From positions 19,282,001 to 19,346,000 of the forward strand of contig CM120641.1 of the NCBI GenBank assembly GCA_051362555.1: 64,000 nucleotides of DNA, written 5' to 3'. Source of the stretch: Lingula anatina (lineage: Eukaryota > Animalia > Brachiopoda). The translations under genes were made by a program, and so were the position numbers. Positions 38,098-52,925 of this stretch are shown piece by piece (position 1 is the first letter of the stretch; each line of letters opens with the position of its first letter). The notes under the pieces are model-generated. The model was not told the origin of the DNA. It was given only the letters and a program-made list of their open reading frames with translations, and did no database searches.

Positions 38098-40744
38098 CTG
38101 AAATAATGGGAATATATTAGATATTGAAAATCCAACAAACATTACTTACTAAGCAAACGTATGAAAAAATGTGATTGCGAAAAAAACATTTTTGTTTTAC
38201 TCTGCAGACTGTTAATGTTAATAAATCATGCATTTTATTTTGTAGAAAATGATAAATTTCTTAACCTATTTATTGAAGTGTGCGTCAAATTGTTATAAAC
38301 AGGTAAAATAAATAGACAAATAAATACATAAATATCAGATTAAAGAAAGAAAGAAAAGAGCAAGATAGAAAAAAGATGAGTGATGAAAAAATTGGAGTTT
38401 AAAATATACAGATTTGAATATATGTATGATGTGTGTAAATTAAAAATGTTTAGCATTCTGTAATGCTGGTTCTATTATCCGTATATCTCGACAATTAATA
38501 ACGGCCGTTTCATGCGGTCAGAAGTTTATCATAATATTAATAGAAATATTGAGTCTTTCAAATTTAATTAAAAATCTGGCACAATAGATCCATCATAAAT
38601 GAATTTATTTGTGACAGAAATTATCAAATCATCACAAGACTAAATGAATGCAATTAAATTTACTTAATAGATTGGTCAAAATTTATTTCAAATCAGCAGA
38701 TAAAAACGCGGAATTTGGCCGCGCGTCTTATAGGAATAGACAATAAACTAGATAAGGTATATGCTTGTATTTCTCGCTGTGTCAACAAGACATGAATTGA
38801 AATCTGTTACGCGTAAAGGAAGACCAGTATATAGACGACATGGAATCAGATCTAAGGTCAGGCGGCACTATCTAACATGGCGATGAACCGAATAAATTTT
38901 ATATTCACGTTTCTTTGAGTTCAATACAAATCTAATAGGAATAAATTTAGTGAATCAAAATAAAAAAAAGTAATATATACCCTTCTGTATGTTACAAAAA
39001 AAAATTGACAAGAAAAACAGAGCTTAAATTCATTTTTCATTAATCTTATCATTTTTCATTCTTACACTGAAAAACAAGTTTAATTAAAAACGTTTAATGA
39101 AATTAAAGAATTTAGCATTCAAATGTATCGGTGCGTTTTATAATGATATTTATTAAACCGCCGAAGATGAGTGTAAGACTAAGGCAGAAAAAAAAACACA
39201 TTAAATAAGAATTTTAAGGTCATATATAAATATTTATGTTTATAAATGGACCTCAGAATGGAAGCACATGTTTTGGTTGTAGAATAAATGTAAAATTAAT
39301 TAAAATCTGAGTATAACCTATCAGTAATATTAATAAAATTTAGTGCGTCTTCTACTAAATATTATACACGTCATATTTCAAAAAATAATTAGAGGAAAAA
39401 AGTGTAATGATTTGACAGGTAAAATGTACATTGGACAATGAACTCATCTCTTTGGCGTGTGTCCCGGGGCGCGATAAGCCTTGCATATCACTTGATAAAA
39501 GATAGAACATACACTAAGTCACCTGAAACTTTATAATTCTATTCTAACTGGGGATTTTCATTGCTCCACTTTTCCACATCTTTGGACAACAAAACAAGGT
39601 GATGTGAAATCCAGTCGAGTTTATTACCTTCGTTGAGGAAATGTTGAATTAATAATGTGTTTGAGAACGAAACACGGAAGACGGTTGCCGCAAATTAGTC
39701 CCAGTAAAGTCAGAATCGAATTCTTCGCCGGCTTGTCGCGAAGTGAATAAATATGTTCTTGAGCAGGACAAGGTTTATCATTAAATACACTTCCAGCATG
39801 ATAGTTTCTAATCTATTTAAGAGAGAGCCTGTTATTAAGACACTCGAAAATTTTAGTGGCCTCTTCAGCGCGCTGCAATATTCAACAGTGTTTCTTTTGC
39901 ATTTATTGTCACTAAACTCAAGACGCGTTTTATATCTCGGTGCCGACACCTCTTTATCAAGAGTAATAGCTGTATAATAATCTCTGTGTTTAAGACCGCC
40001 TGGACTGAAAAAAATTAACAAGTCAAGAAAAATCAGTATCTAATGAAAAAAAGCTATCAGCGATTGAAAGTCCTTCATTTCCACGGTTCGTGTGGATGAG
40101 AGGCAATTGTAGTCGTCTTTTGAGATGTTGAATTGCCAGTTATTGAAAACTACGTACATTTGGAGTGAAGCAGAGGAGTGGTGAATTATTTTATGTCTTA
40201 AGTAACAGCAATCGTTTCCTTGGCTAGAGCCTACTTCACTTATCCAACTGTGTCATCAACGGGAAAATAATTGCCAAGAAGAGAGCGTCGCAGCGAGAGA
40301 AGAGTGACTCTTCTCGGGACATTTCAAGTAGATAAAACGACATAAATATCGTTAACGAAATCAGACTTCACAGATTTAAAGAATATTTTGAAGATCAGAC
40401 TACTCACATGCGAACCGTGGATCAGAGGCCGGATTACACGAAGAGCTGTACCAGTTGGTGGAGGAACCCCGAACGTCCCCGTAGTGAGAGAGATCGCCTC
40501 CGTTGCAGTACTGTGTCGGGTAGGGAGGGTGGCTCAGAGGAGGGACATAGTTGTAGGCCGACATGCTGCTCACTGGGACCGTCATTCCTCCCATGGTATT
40601 CATATTGCCTTGGTGCTGTGATCTGTAGGGGTGCCCCAACGGCGGAATAGAGGCGTCAAATCCAACTTTCTTGTAGCTCTCTTCTAAGGGGTTCAGGATA
40701 TCAGTCACGGAGAAGGGCGTATGTTTTGGGCTCAAGGACATCAT
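37484..40744 (-). CDS. NKX2-1: NK2 homeobox protein Nkx2.1 (TTF-1/scarecrow class), 316 aa, 2 coding exons
   Basis: Exon 1 40744-40408 plus exon 2 38097-37484, joined across a phase-1 GT-AG intron (951 nt total). Start [26 protein letters not shown] (TN/eh1 motif typical of Nkx2.1). Homeodomain [58 protein letters not shown] with NK2-diagnostic Tyr54. NK2-[19 protein letters not shown]; terminal W. Confidence 0.95.
40408..40744 (-). CDS. NKX2-1: Nkx2.1 coding exon 1 (TN domain ... WY...DPRF)
   Basis: ATG at 40744; donor T|GTGAGT at 40408/40407; ORF 40400..40759. Confidence 0.93.
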
Positions 40745-43700
40745 CCGGAAAAACTTCACCTCAAAGAGGTCTTCACAACAGCCCTAACTGTCGCGTTGTG
40801 TTTTGTTAAAAGTCTCTCCACTTCTTATCGTGACTGCCAAGTGAGGGCTCTTATGCCATGTTCACTATTGTATACTCTGATGTTCTGGCAAATTACAGCC
40901 CACTTTCAGCTGGCGCATGCGTAATTGGACAGGTAAACTACCGTAAGTCCAAAGTATACAGCGGTCTGTCCCAACAGCGCACTTACTATCAACTCAGAGA
41001 ACGGCATCCCTGCCAATGTGTCAGCACCAAATAGAATTGTTGAGGTATTGTTTGCCACAGTGTACAAATTGGAAAAAGGGGGACTTAATTTGGCAAGAAT
41101 CCGTGGATGTGAAAAAGCGTTTGAACAAAGTGGATAAATCCAGTGACAAAGGCACAGGTGTGCTAATCGGTTTGGAGGGTGAAGTTCTCAAGCGGAACCC
41201 CTACTGCGTCCTCCTCCCCGTTGCTTACCCCTTTTCTTTATTTGCGCAATAAACCCGAGAGGTGTAGTTAGACGGTAAAATTCATACGTAATATTGAAGT
41301 TTACCCTGCACGGGTGATAATGATGAGCTGGCGTAAACGCATCGTTGTGCAAATTTCCAATCGAAAAAAAAAATGGGTCAGCAAAGTATGTCATAAGGAA
41401 GGGAAACATCTGCCCAATATATGCGCTAAGAGTTTTCATTGCCTGCTATTTACCGTTAGATTACATTATCTCTAGAATACATTAACTTGGCCGTCCGCAC
41501 GTTTCACGTAGCAATCCGGAAAGAGAATCAGTATATAAATATCGTTATCTGTCATGTGTACATTTATTATCAAGTATTATCACGAAAGAAAACAATCTTT
41601 TCAGACCCTTTAATATGATATAGGTATTTAACGGGAATTATTTTTTTCCTTTTTGCCCTATGCCCATTAATATAAAATACATTACATGCTACATTTTCTT
41701 TCAACTTACGCACACGTTGAGTAGGATTCCAAACGTTACCTGCCGATCTGTCAATCACTGGGTCTTAAGAGGCTTCGCTGTCACTCAGCTTAAGCGGTAT
41801 TGTACGCAGTTGTCTAAGCAGAGAAGTCCCCTATTCTCTCCCAGTCTGTGACATGGCAACTCAAAACGTTTCAATGCTAAAGAGGTTTAGTGTCACATAT
41901 TTGATACTCCCCCCAGTAAGCCTTGTTGATGGGGTGTTTTCAATGGAGGAAGGTTCTTCTAAGTGCACAGAAAGAATAGAGCCCCGGAGAGAGGACAGGA
42001 ATTCTAACACATCAGTTTGGGCAAGGTGAAATAGAAAACTGAGTGCCCGCTGTGACAAGACATACACGATTGGCCACCCGGAGACACCACGTAACCATTT
42101 TAGTCAAAGAAATTTATATTTTCATGTCCCTTGTATTATCAACGCTAAGGAAAACCAAATAAAGCCTTATGCTGTTCCAAATTTTAACACAATACATGTA
42201 TGTAATGTCTCAGACATAATTTTCAGCCATGATCACGCCTCAATCAGCATTTTTCTCGCAGTTGATCGGGCGTGTCAACGGTACCCCGGGACGCCAAGTT
42301 GAGTAATATATCCAGCCATTAAAATCAACGGAAACCGATAGAAGGTGACGTGAGGCTGAAAGGACACCTGGTGAGAGGAGGACCTCAACACTTACCCTAC
42401 CACAGAGCTCGCTTTACACGGCTCTTTAGGGGCCACAGGCGCTCGCTGATCTCTTACCTTGACAAAAAGAAGAATTCTTCATATCATAGTCACAACGGAA
42501 ATGGAAAACAAATAGAAATAGCTACGTCTCTTACGCAATTAATGCGACCACCTGTCGGCGTTTTTTACTTTCGTTGAATTAGCATAATATTTTTGGTTAA
42601 GGTGCGCATTGTATTGACAGAAATTCAGATTCACTAATGAGCCTATTATGTGGTTTGATACGCCCTTAAAATCGTTCGGAGAAAATTCCACTAGAGTGAA
42701 TTTATTTGCTAGATTTCTGCATGGAGAACGTCACACACTTTTTCATTTCCGTCATTTGATCCCTCTCAAGCTAGGCCTCAGCTGCAAAGCTGACGAAATT
42801 GATATATGAGTTAATTTGATATGATAATGGTTTATTTATTACTTATCTTTCTATCTCTCGAAACCCTCTTGTGTGAGGAAGGTTACGTTATCCCGAGATT
42901 ACAACAAGTAGACAATGTGACCGGTAGATCACGAGTAAATTGTTTTTCATATTAAACAGAGATTATAAGCAGGAAATGTTTATACGTTTTAGATTTCGAT
43001 AAAGATTTTAAAATTAGAGGTCAGAGTTATAAACAAGGAATTTCCATATCAGGTACATGTCCGAAATTAGTAACAACTAATTTACGATAAAAGACTTAAA
43101 GATAGACGTGTTGCGCACGTGGGAAAAGTAGAAAGGAGAAGAGGTATGAAAGCGCAGAATTAGCAAGTAGACGATAAAACATAAATAAACATAAGCACAA
43201 CAGTGGCATTGGCGACACCGAATTAATCGCTAGAAAGTCCAAGTTTAACTGAATTCTTTAAACCAATGAGAAATAATCTGTGTATGCTCGTGCGACCCTA
43301 ATCTGTATGTGTTTATACTTATTGTGAATGGCAGGGGCGGGCCATGGGCGACCTGGTCATTGGTGCTCTGTAGACTGTTTTAGTTGGCAAGTACTTCTAC
43401 AAATAAACGGCGGTCATTAGGAAGGGGGTAATGTGACGACAGGATACGGACTCAGAAAAATAGAAACTACCTCAACGTTATCCTCTCGTAATATTCCGAT
43501 GTTCCCATCTAACCCAACAATAGAATATTTTTTAGATTGATAACGCTAAGTTTCTGTGGTTTTATCTTATCCATTGTATTTTTTGTTTTTGTTTTTTTCT
43601 TTCAGTTTATATCTCTAAAATTTTCATGATTGGTAAAAACGTTTGGTTTTATGAATGTGGGACAAAACTATCATCCACATAAAATTAACATTATTTTTCA

Positions 43701-45513
43701 ACACGAGATCTGAAAAAAATTAATTGTAATCTAAATTGTATTTGTCAGAAACCGAGAAATTCCATATGGTGAATTTCTATAGATTTAATTCAGATAAGAA
43801 TCAATACCTGGAAATTGATTAGTAAAAAGTGAATAGTCTTTGGATCTGGTAATTCCTAAATGCCTGACTAGCAAGTGGATAGATAAATATATTCGATAAT
43901 TAAAATAATAGTTCAATATTGACGGCAAGGTCTTCAATATAATAAGATCAACACTAAACTGTAAAAACTAACGAAACTCTTGTATTTGTCATAAAACCAA
44001 ATTTCTGTCCAAAATATTTCTTTGCGTTCTCTGTTATGGAGGCGTGTTTTATTGTATTTTTCCTCTGTTATGTGTATCAATTTCAATTTTGATAATAAGC
44101 AAAGTGGCCTCTTTCAAGATGATGCATCTTGAATATGGATGTGGACGTATTTTGTTCTTTTGTTAAAATGAATTTAATGTATTTAATTTCAGTTCTGACA
44201 GTGAGGTGATCTTAGCAATTATTGTAAAGAAAAATGCTAACACCGGCAACAGTATAAAACAAGTAGGGCCTAACCGAGTACGAAATACCGTAGCAGTGCC
44301 ACCTATAGTCCATTTACAACATTAACGCGAGGCATTCACGTTTAAGGCTAGATTCAAATAAAGTTAAAATTAAGGCAAAAATGAACAAGTTACTACCATT
44401 TCATATGGGACTAAGTTTTTTAAATTTGTATTATTTAGGAAAAATACTTCAGAAACGTGTTATGATATTTTAAAAAGGTAATGCTGTAATAACGTATTTC
44501 CAAAATGTCAAAAACCTACAACCGGGTATGGTTATCACAACATGTCATCTTTTCTTAATTCGTAGTTAAACATTGTTAAATAGATTAATTCAAACTTATC
44601 ATTTATAATATTATTAGTTATTTCTCTGAATATATCTCAATGAATAGACAAATGAATAAATAAAAAGATTTTAAAGTGTGAGGTTTATTCAATAATGATT
44701 AAAGTTAGTTAGCTGGGGTACTTGCAGGCTTTTTTTTTATAAGTGCGAGCCAGTCGGTTGGGGACAATCAGAATTAATGCAGCCTGTTCATATTTGAGTG
44801 GATTTAATATTTAACCAGTGTACTCTGCTATTTGAAAGCATCACAAGCATCCTTTAGAATGTACAAACATTAGATATGTTCGAATCTTTTCTATTGTTTT
44901 ACCACCTATTTGACAATGGCGATACCTTTGTTTGCACTACACTGCAAGGTCGTTCAAATACACATTTTTGACAAATTAGATATTTATGAATTTTCTTGTC
45001 TTTTGTTATCTGTTTGCCACCAATTAACAGCTCTGTTCATCCTTGTAGTTGGATCTTTTCATTTGCGTAAAATATCCATTAATTTACCATTGTTTTCCCT
45101 TCCTTTTCCCAACTAAACCCTATTTTTATCTTCTGTAACAAACAGCTTCCGCCAGACTATTTTGACTTATAAAATATTCAATAATTTTCTATTGTCCCCT
45201 TAATCTATTTACCCAACTTAATATCTCTGTTCACCCACTGTATCACAACATTTCGATTAGAATGTTTTAGCAAGTGAACTATTGACTTCCTTTGTTAGAT
45301 ACGTGTGTTTGGCTCGACAGATTAATCACGCTCACAAGATCACAATTTACATCAAATGAGAATCAACAATAAAGAATAGATTAAAATAGGGACGTCACAC
45401 CCTCCTGATGTTCCCTGAGGAGTAGAATATCTGACACAAAAGGACGATATAGAGATACTTTCACAGAAATAATAATGATAAAGTAAGGTCATAGCGAATT
45501 CATATCTTACTGT

Positions 45514-45579
45514 CACACACACGCGCACAGGCACGCGCGCGCGCACACACGCACAAACACCCACACACACACACACACA
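45514..45579. repeat. (CA)n/(CG)n alternating purine-pyrimidine tract
   Basis: cacacacacgcgcacaggcacgcgcgcgcacacac... Confidence 0.9.
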
Positions 45580-47897
45580 TAGTCAAGCATATTTACAATA
45601 TTCTTTTTGCCCATTTCATATAAAGCAACCAAAAACATCAGCCGTATATCCATGCGGCAATTTCCATGTAAGTTCAATTTGAACATTGATTACGCCCGGG
45701 ATTCTTTAATCCATAATAAACAAATAACGTAGAATTAGTGAACAATAGTGTTAGTAATGCATCTGTCATAATCCTGAGTCCTCATCGGGTGACTTTTTTA
45801 TCCATCTACCTGGACCCTGCAAAGTGTCGAAGAAACTTAAAATAGACACATTAATGCGTTAGGGAAGACGTTGTTCTTGAATGTGTTCTCGGCGTCCGGT
45901 CAACATCCGGGGATTCCGTATTTCAGCAACTCGACTTACGGTGTGTCCCGAAATATCTTGTACGTCAACAAGAAAGCAATAAATAAACATAGCTAGATAA
46001 AAAATAGAAATTTATTAATCAATCAATCAATTTTATAAATAACAAAATGAAATGCTTACATATCATCCATTTGTTTATTTTTCTGAATACCCTTCAAATC
46101 AAAATAAAGAGTTTCCAACATACCAACAATCTGAATGAAAACAGATTTAGATTTTAATATTAATTTTGAAAAATGTCATTTCAATCACAAATATTGCTTA
46201 AGCTAGGAATAATGAGACTGTTTAAAATGTGATTTTTGTTCAGCATTTTGTGTATAGAGAAAAGCCCATATAAACTATTTTTTATGACCAATAATAAAAA
46301 ATCAGAAAACTTCGGTTTTGGTATTTTGCTAAATTTTTCTTTTTACTAAATATTTTGATATAATCCTTGAAGACAGACATTAACCTTTGCATTTTTAAAT
46401 CCATTCTCCTATGAGCTGGTTTTCATTTATTGTGTCTATTTCAAGATACTGGTATAATAAATAATAGTGCGTACTCTTGAATTGAAGTAAACGGTATCAA
46501 AATTTAACACTGATTAAAATAGTAAGCCTTTTCCCGTTGCATAATGATTTGCAGTGGGGATAATTGTTGTCGAGTTACCCCGTTAGAAAATAATCCAATA
46601 GATATCTGTGTAGAAACAAAAGACTAGTGAAACGCTGTTACAGGTGAGAGGATTCTGGTATAGTTCTCAACTGACACAGTTTGCATATGGTTTGTTCATA
46701 TTATATGGCTGTTTGAAAAGTTTTAACCTTTTAAAAGTTTGCTAGAAAAATAAGCAATCTGTGTGTAGAAAGATTTTAAGTTGATGGTCCATATAATTTT
46801 ATAAAGTATGGTTAAAATTTTACATAATAAATAAGATTTCCTAGAAAAGATTTTTTGACTGTGATAGAGAAACTTTAAACTTTATGCTAACCCGAGGTTT
46901 AGATGAATTACTTATTTAGGATAATAAAGAAATGAATAATGAATAGTTCCGATCTCAATCTTTTCACTAAGGCTGTTACCTTAAAAACTTATTTGGGATA
47001 TTAAAGGGGATTTGAAAGGTGAAATCCGATATCTTTATAAAATGCTGTTTTCGGAGAATAGATTTTTTTATTTAGGAAATCATTTCTCAACCTAACTTAT
47101 TTCTAACATTCATTTGATTTTTTCCTCATTCATATCATATAAAAATAAACGAATAAATAGATAAACAGATATAGAAACAGATATCGATATAGATATATGA
47201 CTATATGATAGACACGCTTATATAAGAAGATATGGCAAAATACACAACGTGGATTTCCGATTCTCTACTCCAAGAGTTTGAGAATAAAAGGGATACCTCA
47301 AACGATCAGACTATAATAGACAAATAAAGATGTGAGTTTCATTTTTCTTCATGATATTCATTATGGAAATTTATGATGTATTTTGCGCAATCCTTTTGTC
47401 TGGTACATGTTTAGGATATCAGTAGTATATTTTTATTGTTATCGAGCATTCAATACTGCCCACTGTACTAAAACACTGAAATGCGAAATTTTCCTTTATA
47501 ATTGCACATTTCTGCTTGACCATTACCAGACATGCAACTTTTCTGATAAGTTACAAGATCAAGTCATCTTATTGGTGATCAGGCCAAAAATACATTTTTT
47601 TCTGAAAAAGATTTACAAATCGCACAAACATTCTCTCTCATTCCTCTTTTTCACCTATTTCATTACCCCAACCAAAACCGTTGAGAAAATCACTATCTAT
47701 AAACTCCTATTTTAATTAATTAATTTTTTTTAACTGAGGTTAAATTCAACATTTTTAAAAAATCTCTATCACGAGATTGTAATTTTGTGAGTGGTTTTGG
47801 AGATGGCACACCTAAATAATTCTGATGAAGGTGTTGAAATTACCAGGAAATATCTTAAGATAATTTTTGTAAATTAAATGTTTAAAGCTTATTGCGC

Positions 47898-47990
47898 GCT
47901 TTCAATTTGTGTGCGTATGTATGTGTGCTTTCAATTTGTGTGTGTATGAATGTGTGTGTGCTTTCAATCTGTGTGTGTATGTGTGTGCGC
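47898..47990. repeat. Three degenerate ~30 bp tandem copies (gctttcaat-tgtgtg...)
   Basis: Copies start at 47898, 47927 and 47960. Confidence 0.9.
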
Positions 47991-48105
47991 GCTCCCGTGC
48001 GCACGTGTGTTCATGTGAGTGCGGCTGTTCGCTCAATATTAATTCCATGTGCCAGATAAGTGCAAAATCGTAGCGGATGAGACTCTAAAATATGTTTATT
48101 TTTAG

Positions 48106-48174
48106 ACAGAATATCTGTAGCTGATATTGTTTATATCAGCTACAGAATATCTGTAGCTGATATAAACAATATCA
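48106..48174. repeat. Perfect 25-bp inverted repeat with overlapping direct repeat
   Basis: 48122-48146 is the reverse complement of 48150-48174; 48106-48126 is repeated directly at 48142-48162. Confidence 0.95.
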
Positions 48175-51100
48175 TGGGGCTTTATTTTTCATTTGTGCCA
48201 ACTTTTTGCTTTTGTTGTTTCACATATTTTTTATTCAACGTTGATTGCACTCATTAACTTACTTTATTAATTATATATTATTATGATAAGGTTTATTTGG
48301 GTTCAAAGCTGAGTAACTGTGGAAGTATTCTATTCAAACGTACTTGAAATGAAGTCAAAAGTAAAAGATGTGTTGGCATTCATTAGGTATGTGTGAGAGT
48401 TATCTTCCAGAGTTTCTCAGCGGAAGATCAAATAAGGTACACATGAAAAAATGTTATTTTGACTAGCAATCTGTAATAAATGTCTGATTGAAATTGAATA
48501 AAGAAATCCTTTTTGATTTTGGAACTGAGACGGCGGTTTTGTTGTTACTTGACACCGGCATTGCGCTATGATAGTATGGTAGCTATATAGTATGGGGGAT
48601 GTATGATTATCCCCCATTTTTGTAACTTTGTATCATATTATTATATTTTCGTCATCAATTTTCAGTCATGTGGACTTTACCTAATTTATGCAAAAACAGA
48701 GCTTCGTTTTGCTTGTGAATATTTGGCTACATAAATCATATAATATTAGACAGTTTTACAGTTTGAATATTTTCTGATAATCCAGAAATTCTACAGCGTT
48801 TCTAAAATTTACTAATACAATAAATAGCCTGTAATATTACCTGTTTGAACGTAATTGGAAAATAGAAAATGGAGGAATGAAGGGGTCAATCAGACGAAAA
48901 GGTGGACAGTAGAACCGGTGAATGGGTGAATAAATATGTGAAAATAAAGCAGTTGCACTAAAATATAACGCACTTATGGTCATCTTTTAACTAAATGGAA
49001 ACACACCCATTACCGATGTATACGATCATTTCAGTTGTGTAAATCATCGTTGTGTGCTTAGTATGGGACGTTCTAGTATATATTCTTCCTGATTTACTCT
49101 GTTACCACTTCAACAAATTTGACATACATGTATCAGACATCCTACGACCATACTTAGACCTATGTAACTTCTAGTTTTCATTTTTGCCCGATCAAAGTCT
49201 CATTCTGATCTTTTTTCAACCAATTGAGGTAAATGGTCTTTTCGTAAGATCACTTAAAATATTTCTTTTTACGTCCGCCGCTGATCTATACTAGTTCCCC
49301 GACCACGCACCACTTAACCGTTCTTCTCACAAGTAGGTGTGGATAACAAAGCTGCTTACAACAGTTGCATTTCGTATCACCCTAAAGACTGTTGTTTTTG
49401 AAAATGTATACTGTTAAATGACTCCTTTGCGGGCGGTCGATGTTAATTTCTATTTATGCAAATTCCTTTGAGCCTATTTTTTTCTTAACGGGTTTCAATC
49501 GAATTTTTGCTCACAGATAGGAAAGATTTGTCATTAGGTAAAAGGGGCATATTTTCCCGGTCAATTAACAACATACTATCGCCTTTCGTTCTTTCGGAAA
49601 GCAAACAATTCAATGTAAATATGTAAAAACACTTAGATGCAGAGAACAAAATCTGAGCTGAGGTTATGATGGTCGGGGAGGAAATGGAAAATAATGCGTA
49701 TCTATGTATTGATCTGTGTTAAAGCTCTGAAAGGAGGCAGTTTTCTCGCTAATTGACCGACAGTCTGTCGCTTTTATCTCACAAATAATGCTCTATAAAT
49801 GCACAAGTATTAATTCTGTCTTGATAATCGGAGAGAATTTGAAATTTGCGCTAAATTAGCGACAGAATTGCATCTGGTTGTGATGCTGAGGTCCCATTAT
49901 GCCCGTGTTTTCCCTACAATCAGTTTTATTCAGTTAACAGGTTGCGTTGCACGCGTCCCACTTGTAGACAATTGATAGGTTTCCCTAGATTGATCAGCCA
50001 ATAATACTTTACATTACAGTAGCATATGGTTTTCTTTACTTTAACATCGAAAAGTATTGTTCATATTGCATTTTATCAAAAATCTGATATAAGAAGGAAA
50101 TGAAATGTTCGCTTGTCTGATAAGGAAGCAGTTTCGAAAGCAAACACAGCGCTGAGCATTTGGAGTTCTGGTATATAAGGCTTTTGTCCCCGGCAAGAGA
50201 GAATCACTTGACGCCAATGATCATAGTACTTGCACTGAAGAAGTGGGAGCTCTGATAGGCAAACTTTCTGGAGCATTTTTAAAGGTGAGCGGACATCTTT
50301 ATACAGCCCTAAGCTCGAATGTTTTTATTTATTTCTACTTAAACACAAGAGGCCGGCCTCTTGAGGCGTAACTGTTCATTCTAGTATCGGTAAATATGAC
50401 CACTTTGGGTAAAGTATGATTGCAAGTTTAACGCCATTAGGAATTGCCGCTTCTAATGTAGTCTATTCTTTCCAACAAAACCTATCCTCGTTGTTATCTC
50501 CAACCGATTTAATTACCGTTGTTTTACATGAAATGGAGTATGGATCTATTTCAATTACCAGATCACTTTTCCAATTTACTTGAGCATAATTTTTAGATTT
50601 TCCATCAGTTACCGACGGTGGACTCCTATCGTTAAAAGCCATTTATTTATTCCGCTTGTCTATTTCTCCACTTGTTAATAGCCATGCCATTCATTGAGTG
50701 TAATACATGCTTCGTAAAGATTAAAACAAGGGGACTAATGAAACCTGATTTAGATCTATCTCCGCTCAACAATTATCGGTAATGCTAGCGGTTTTATTGT
50801 GCTGTTTCTCCTGGAACAAATCATGCAGTCAACCCAAACAGCACTGCGCAACCTCGGCAGGTGGGACAGAAAAGAAACAGTAGGTTCATCTCTAAAATAA
50901 TTGAAAATATACGTTTACTGAACCAATTTTAAAGTGTTCTGATAAAAGCAACTTGTGTCACGCGACGGAATCGAGCATTATTACAGCGCCTCGGATTACT
51001 GTCTTAACTAATGCTTAATAACATGTTTCGGTTTTTAAAATACTTACAAAACCCGACATTTAAGAATTTAGATAACGGATTGTTTTCCGCTATTGTCGGA

Positions 51101-51409
51101 TGAACACGCGATTTATCGAATAGCAGTAATTAACGGTGGCGTGTGCGGGGCAAGTTAGACACATAAAGTGTGTAGCAGATACTAATAATTGAAAATATGC
51201 ATTTATCATCCCGAGATTTCAAGTGATTTAATGGATGTAACTTTACCACTAACTTTCCAAATGTGTATCATGTTTAAAAGGTAAGCCACTATTTTAGAAC
51301 CTGAAATATCTTCTCATTCTTGATGTTTTTCTCAATAAATAGAGACAACGCGGTCGATTCCAATAAAAAAATCTTATTAAAAATGAAGTGACAGAGAGAT
51401 ATAGGGGGA

Positions 51410-51512
51410 TTGAGAAGAAAAGAAGAAGATAGGTTAAAAGGAAAGAAAAAAGGAAGAAAAAGAGAAAGAGCAAGGGTATAAAGAAGAGAGAGAGAGAGAA
51501 AAAGAGGGGTGG
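51410..51512. repeat. Purine-rich (A/G) low-complexity tract
   Basis: About 100 nt almost devoid of pyrimidines on the + strand. Confidence 0.85.
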
Positions 51513-52891
51513 TGAGCTGCCGGGAGGGTGAAATAGGGATGGGGAGCGTTAGAAGCGTATTAAGAGGATGTCAGAAAGGAAAAGGTGTTTTAGCATTCAT
51601 TTCTACTCCTTAAATCTAATCCCGTAAGGTACAGTTGTCTGCCACCAATTCAAATTTCCCTTCATTAATTTTGGTCGTTTATGAGCAAAAAATGTTAACT
51701 TATACATAGACTGTATTGCTACCTATCCATTGTTACAGCTTGTAATAGTTAAAAATATAATAAATAATAAAAATAATAAAAGAAATATGTAAGATAAACA
51801 CCACTCTTTTAATGAAGTGGCAATTCATTATTTCTGAAATATAAAAAGGATTTGAATGTTATAAAAAGTTTATCTGCACACAATTATGTAGCGCATACAC
51901 TACATTCATCACTACAAATAACTATCAAAACTGAGATTGTGACTGGAATAATCAAGTCCAAAAACGTTTTGTAACATTCTTGAAGAATTACACCGTGAGA
52001 ATGCTTACTGGAACGGAGAAATTTTAGATTCAGCCATCTGCAAATAACTTTTTTTCTGTATTGTTAAGCGCTAGTTCAAGTAACGATTGATTCAATGCGT
52101 ACCTTTTTTTTTCAGAGAGAGAGAGGGAGAGTATCTTTGAAATGTATTCTTTTGCATTCTTATCTCCCAACAAACAACAATAATAAAAAAAAGTGAAAAT
52201 ACGGTAGATGAAAAACGTTGTTATACTAAGGATTGATTTTGTTTTATTTATATTTTAAAGTCTCGCTCACTATTATGGGATCAGAAATAGGATACGAAAT
52301 AAAATACAGAAGCAGTATAAAATTGTGAATAAAGGGTGTATAAACGCTGTACCAGTTAAGTTTACAGCAAATAAATGTGCCTTCCTTTTTGTGCTACTTG
52401 AAAACGGAGAGCAATCCAAGGTAGTTAGGTTTCTGTATTTCATAGTATTAAAATACTTGAGATTTGCAGGAAAATGTATAGTGAATTTATATAAAATTCC
52501 TAAATAAGTTACTATTCCATCTCGATCAAACATCAAAATGTTAAGATGTATTTAAAATATTTCGACTCCTTCCAGCATAGACTTAAAACAAGAACAAGTA
52601 TATATGGTCTGTTGATAGCACTAATTTCAAAACGGACTGCGAATATTTATTTTTACTTTAAGAACAGATTGCAACACTCATTTTATTTACTGAAAAGCGA
52701 CCCTCTTTTCAGCATGTTGATACAACTCATTGAAAACTACTTCCTCGACTCGAAATGCTCATTAATACCACTGTTACTGAGCACGAGCTTGTTAAGGCGG
52801 TGTCACCTCGGCATGGACCTAAGCGTTTTGGTGTGGCAATATATTCGGTTTTACCCAACATACAGCGCGTTGATGTATATGGTTAAATCGT

Positions 52892-52894
52892 TGT

Positions 52895-52925
<31 letters not shown>

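Noticed and set aside
37428-38138. ORFs 37428..37838(+), 37654..37893(+), 37935..38138(-)
   Set aside because: Antisense or alternative-frame shadows of Nkx2.1 exon 2.
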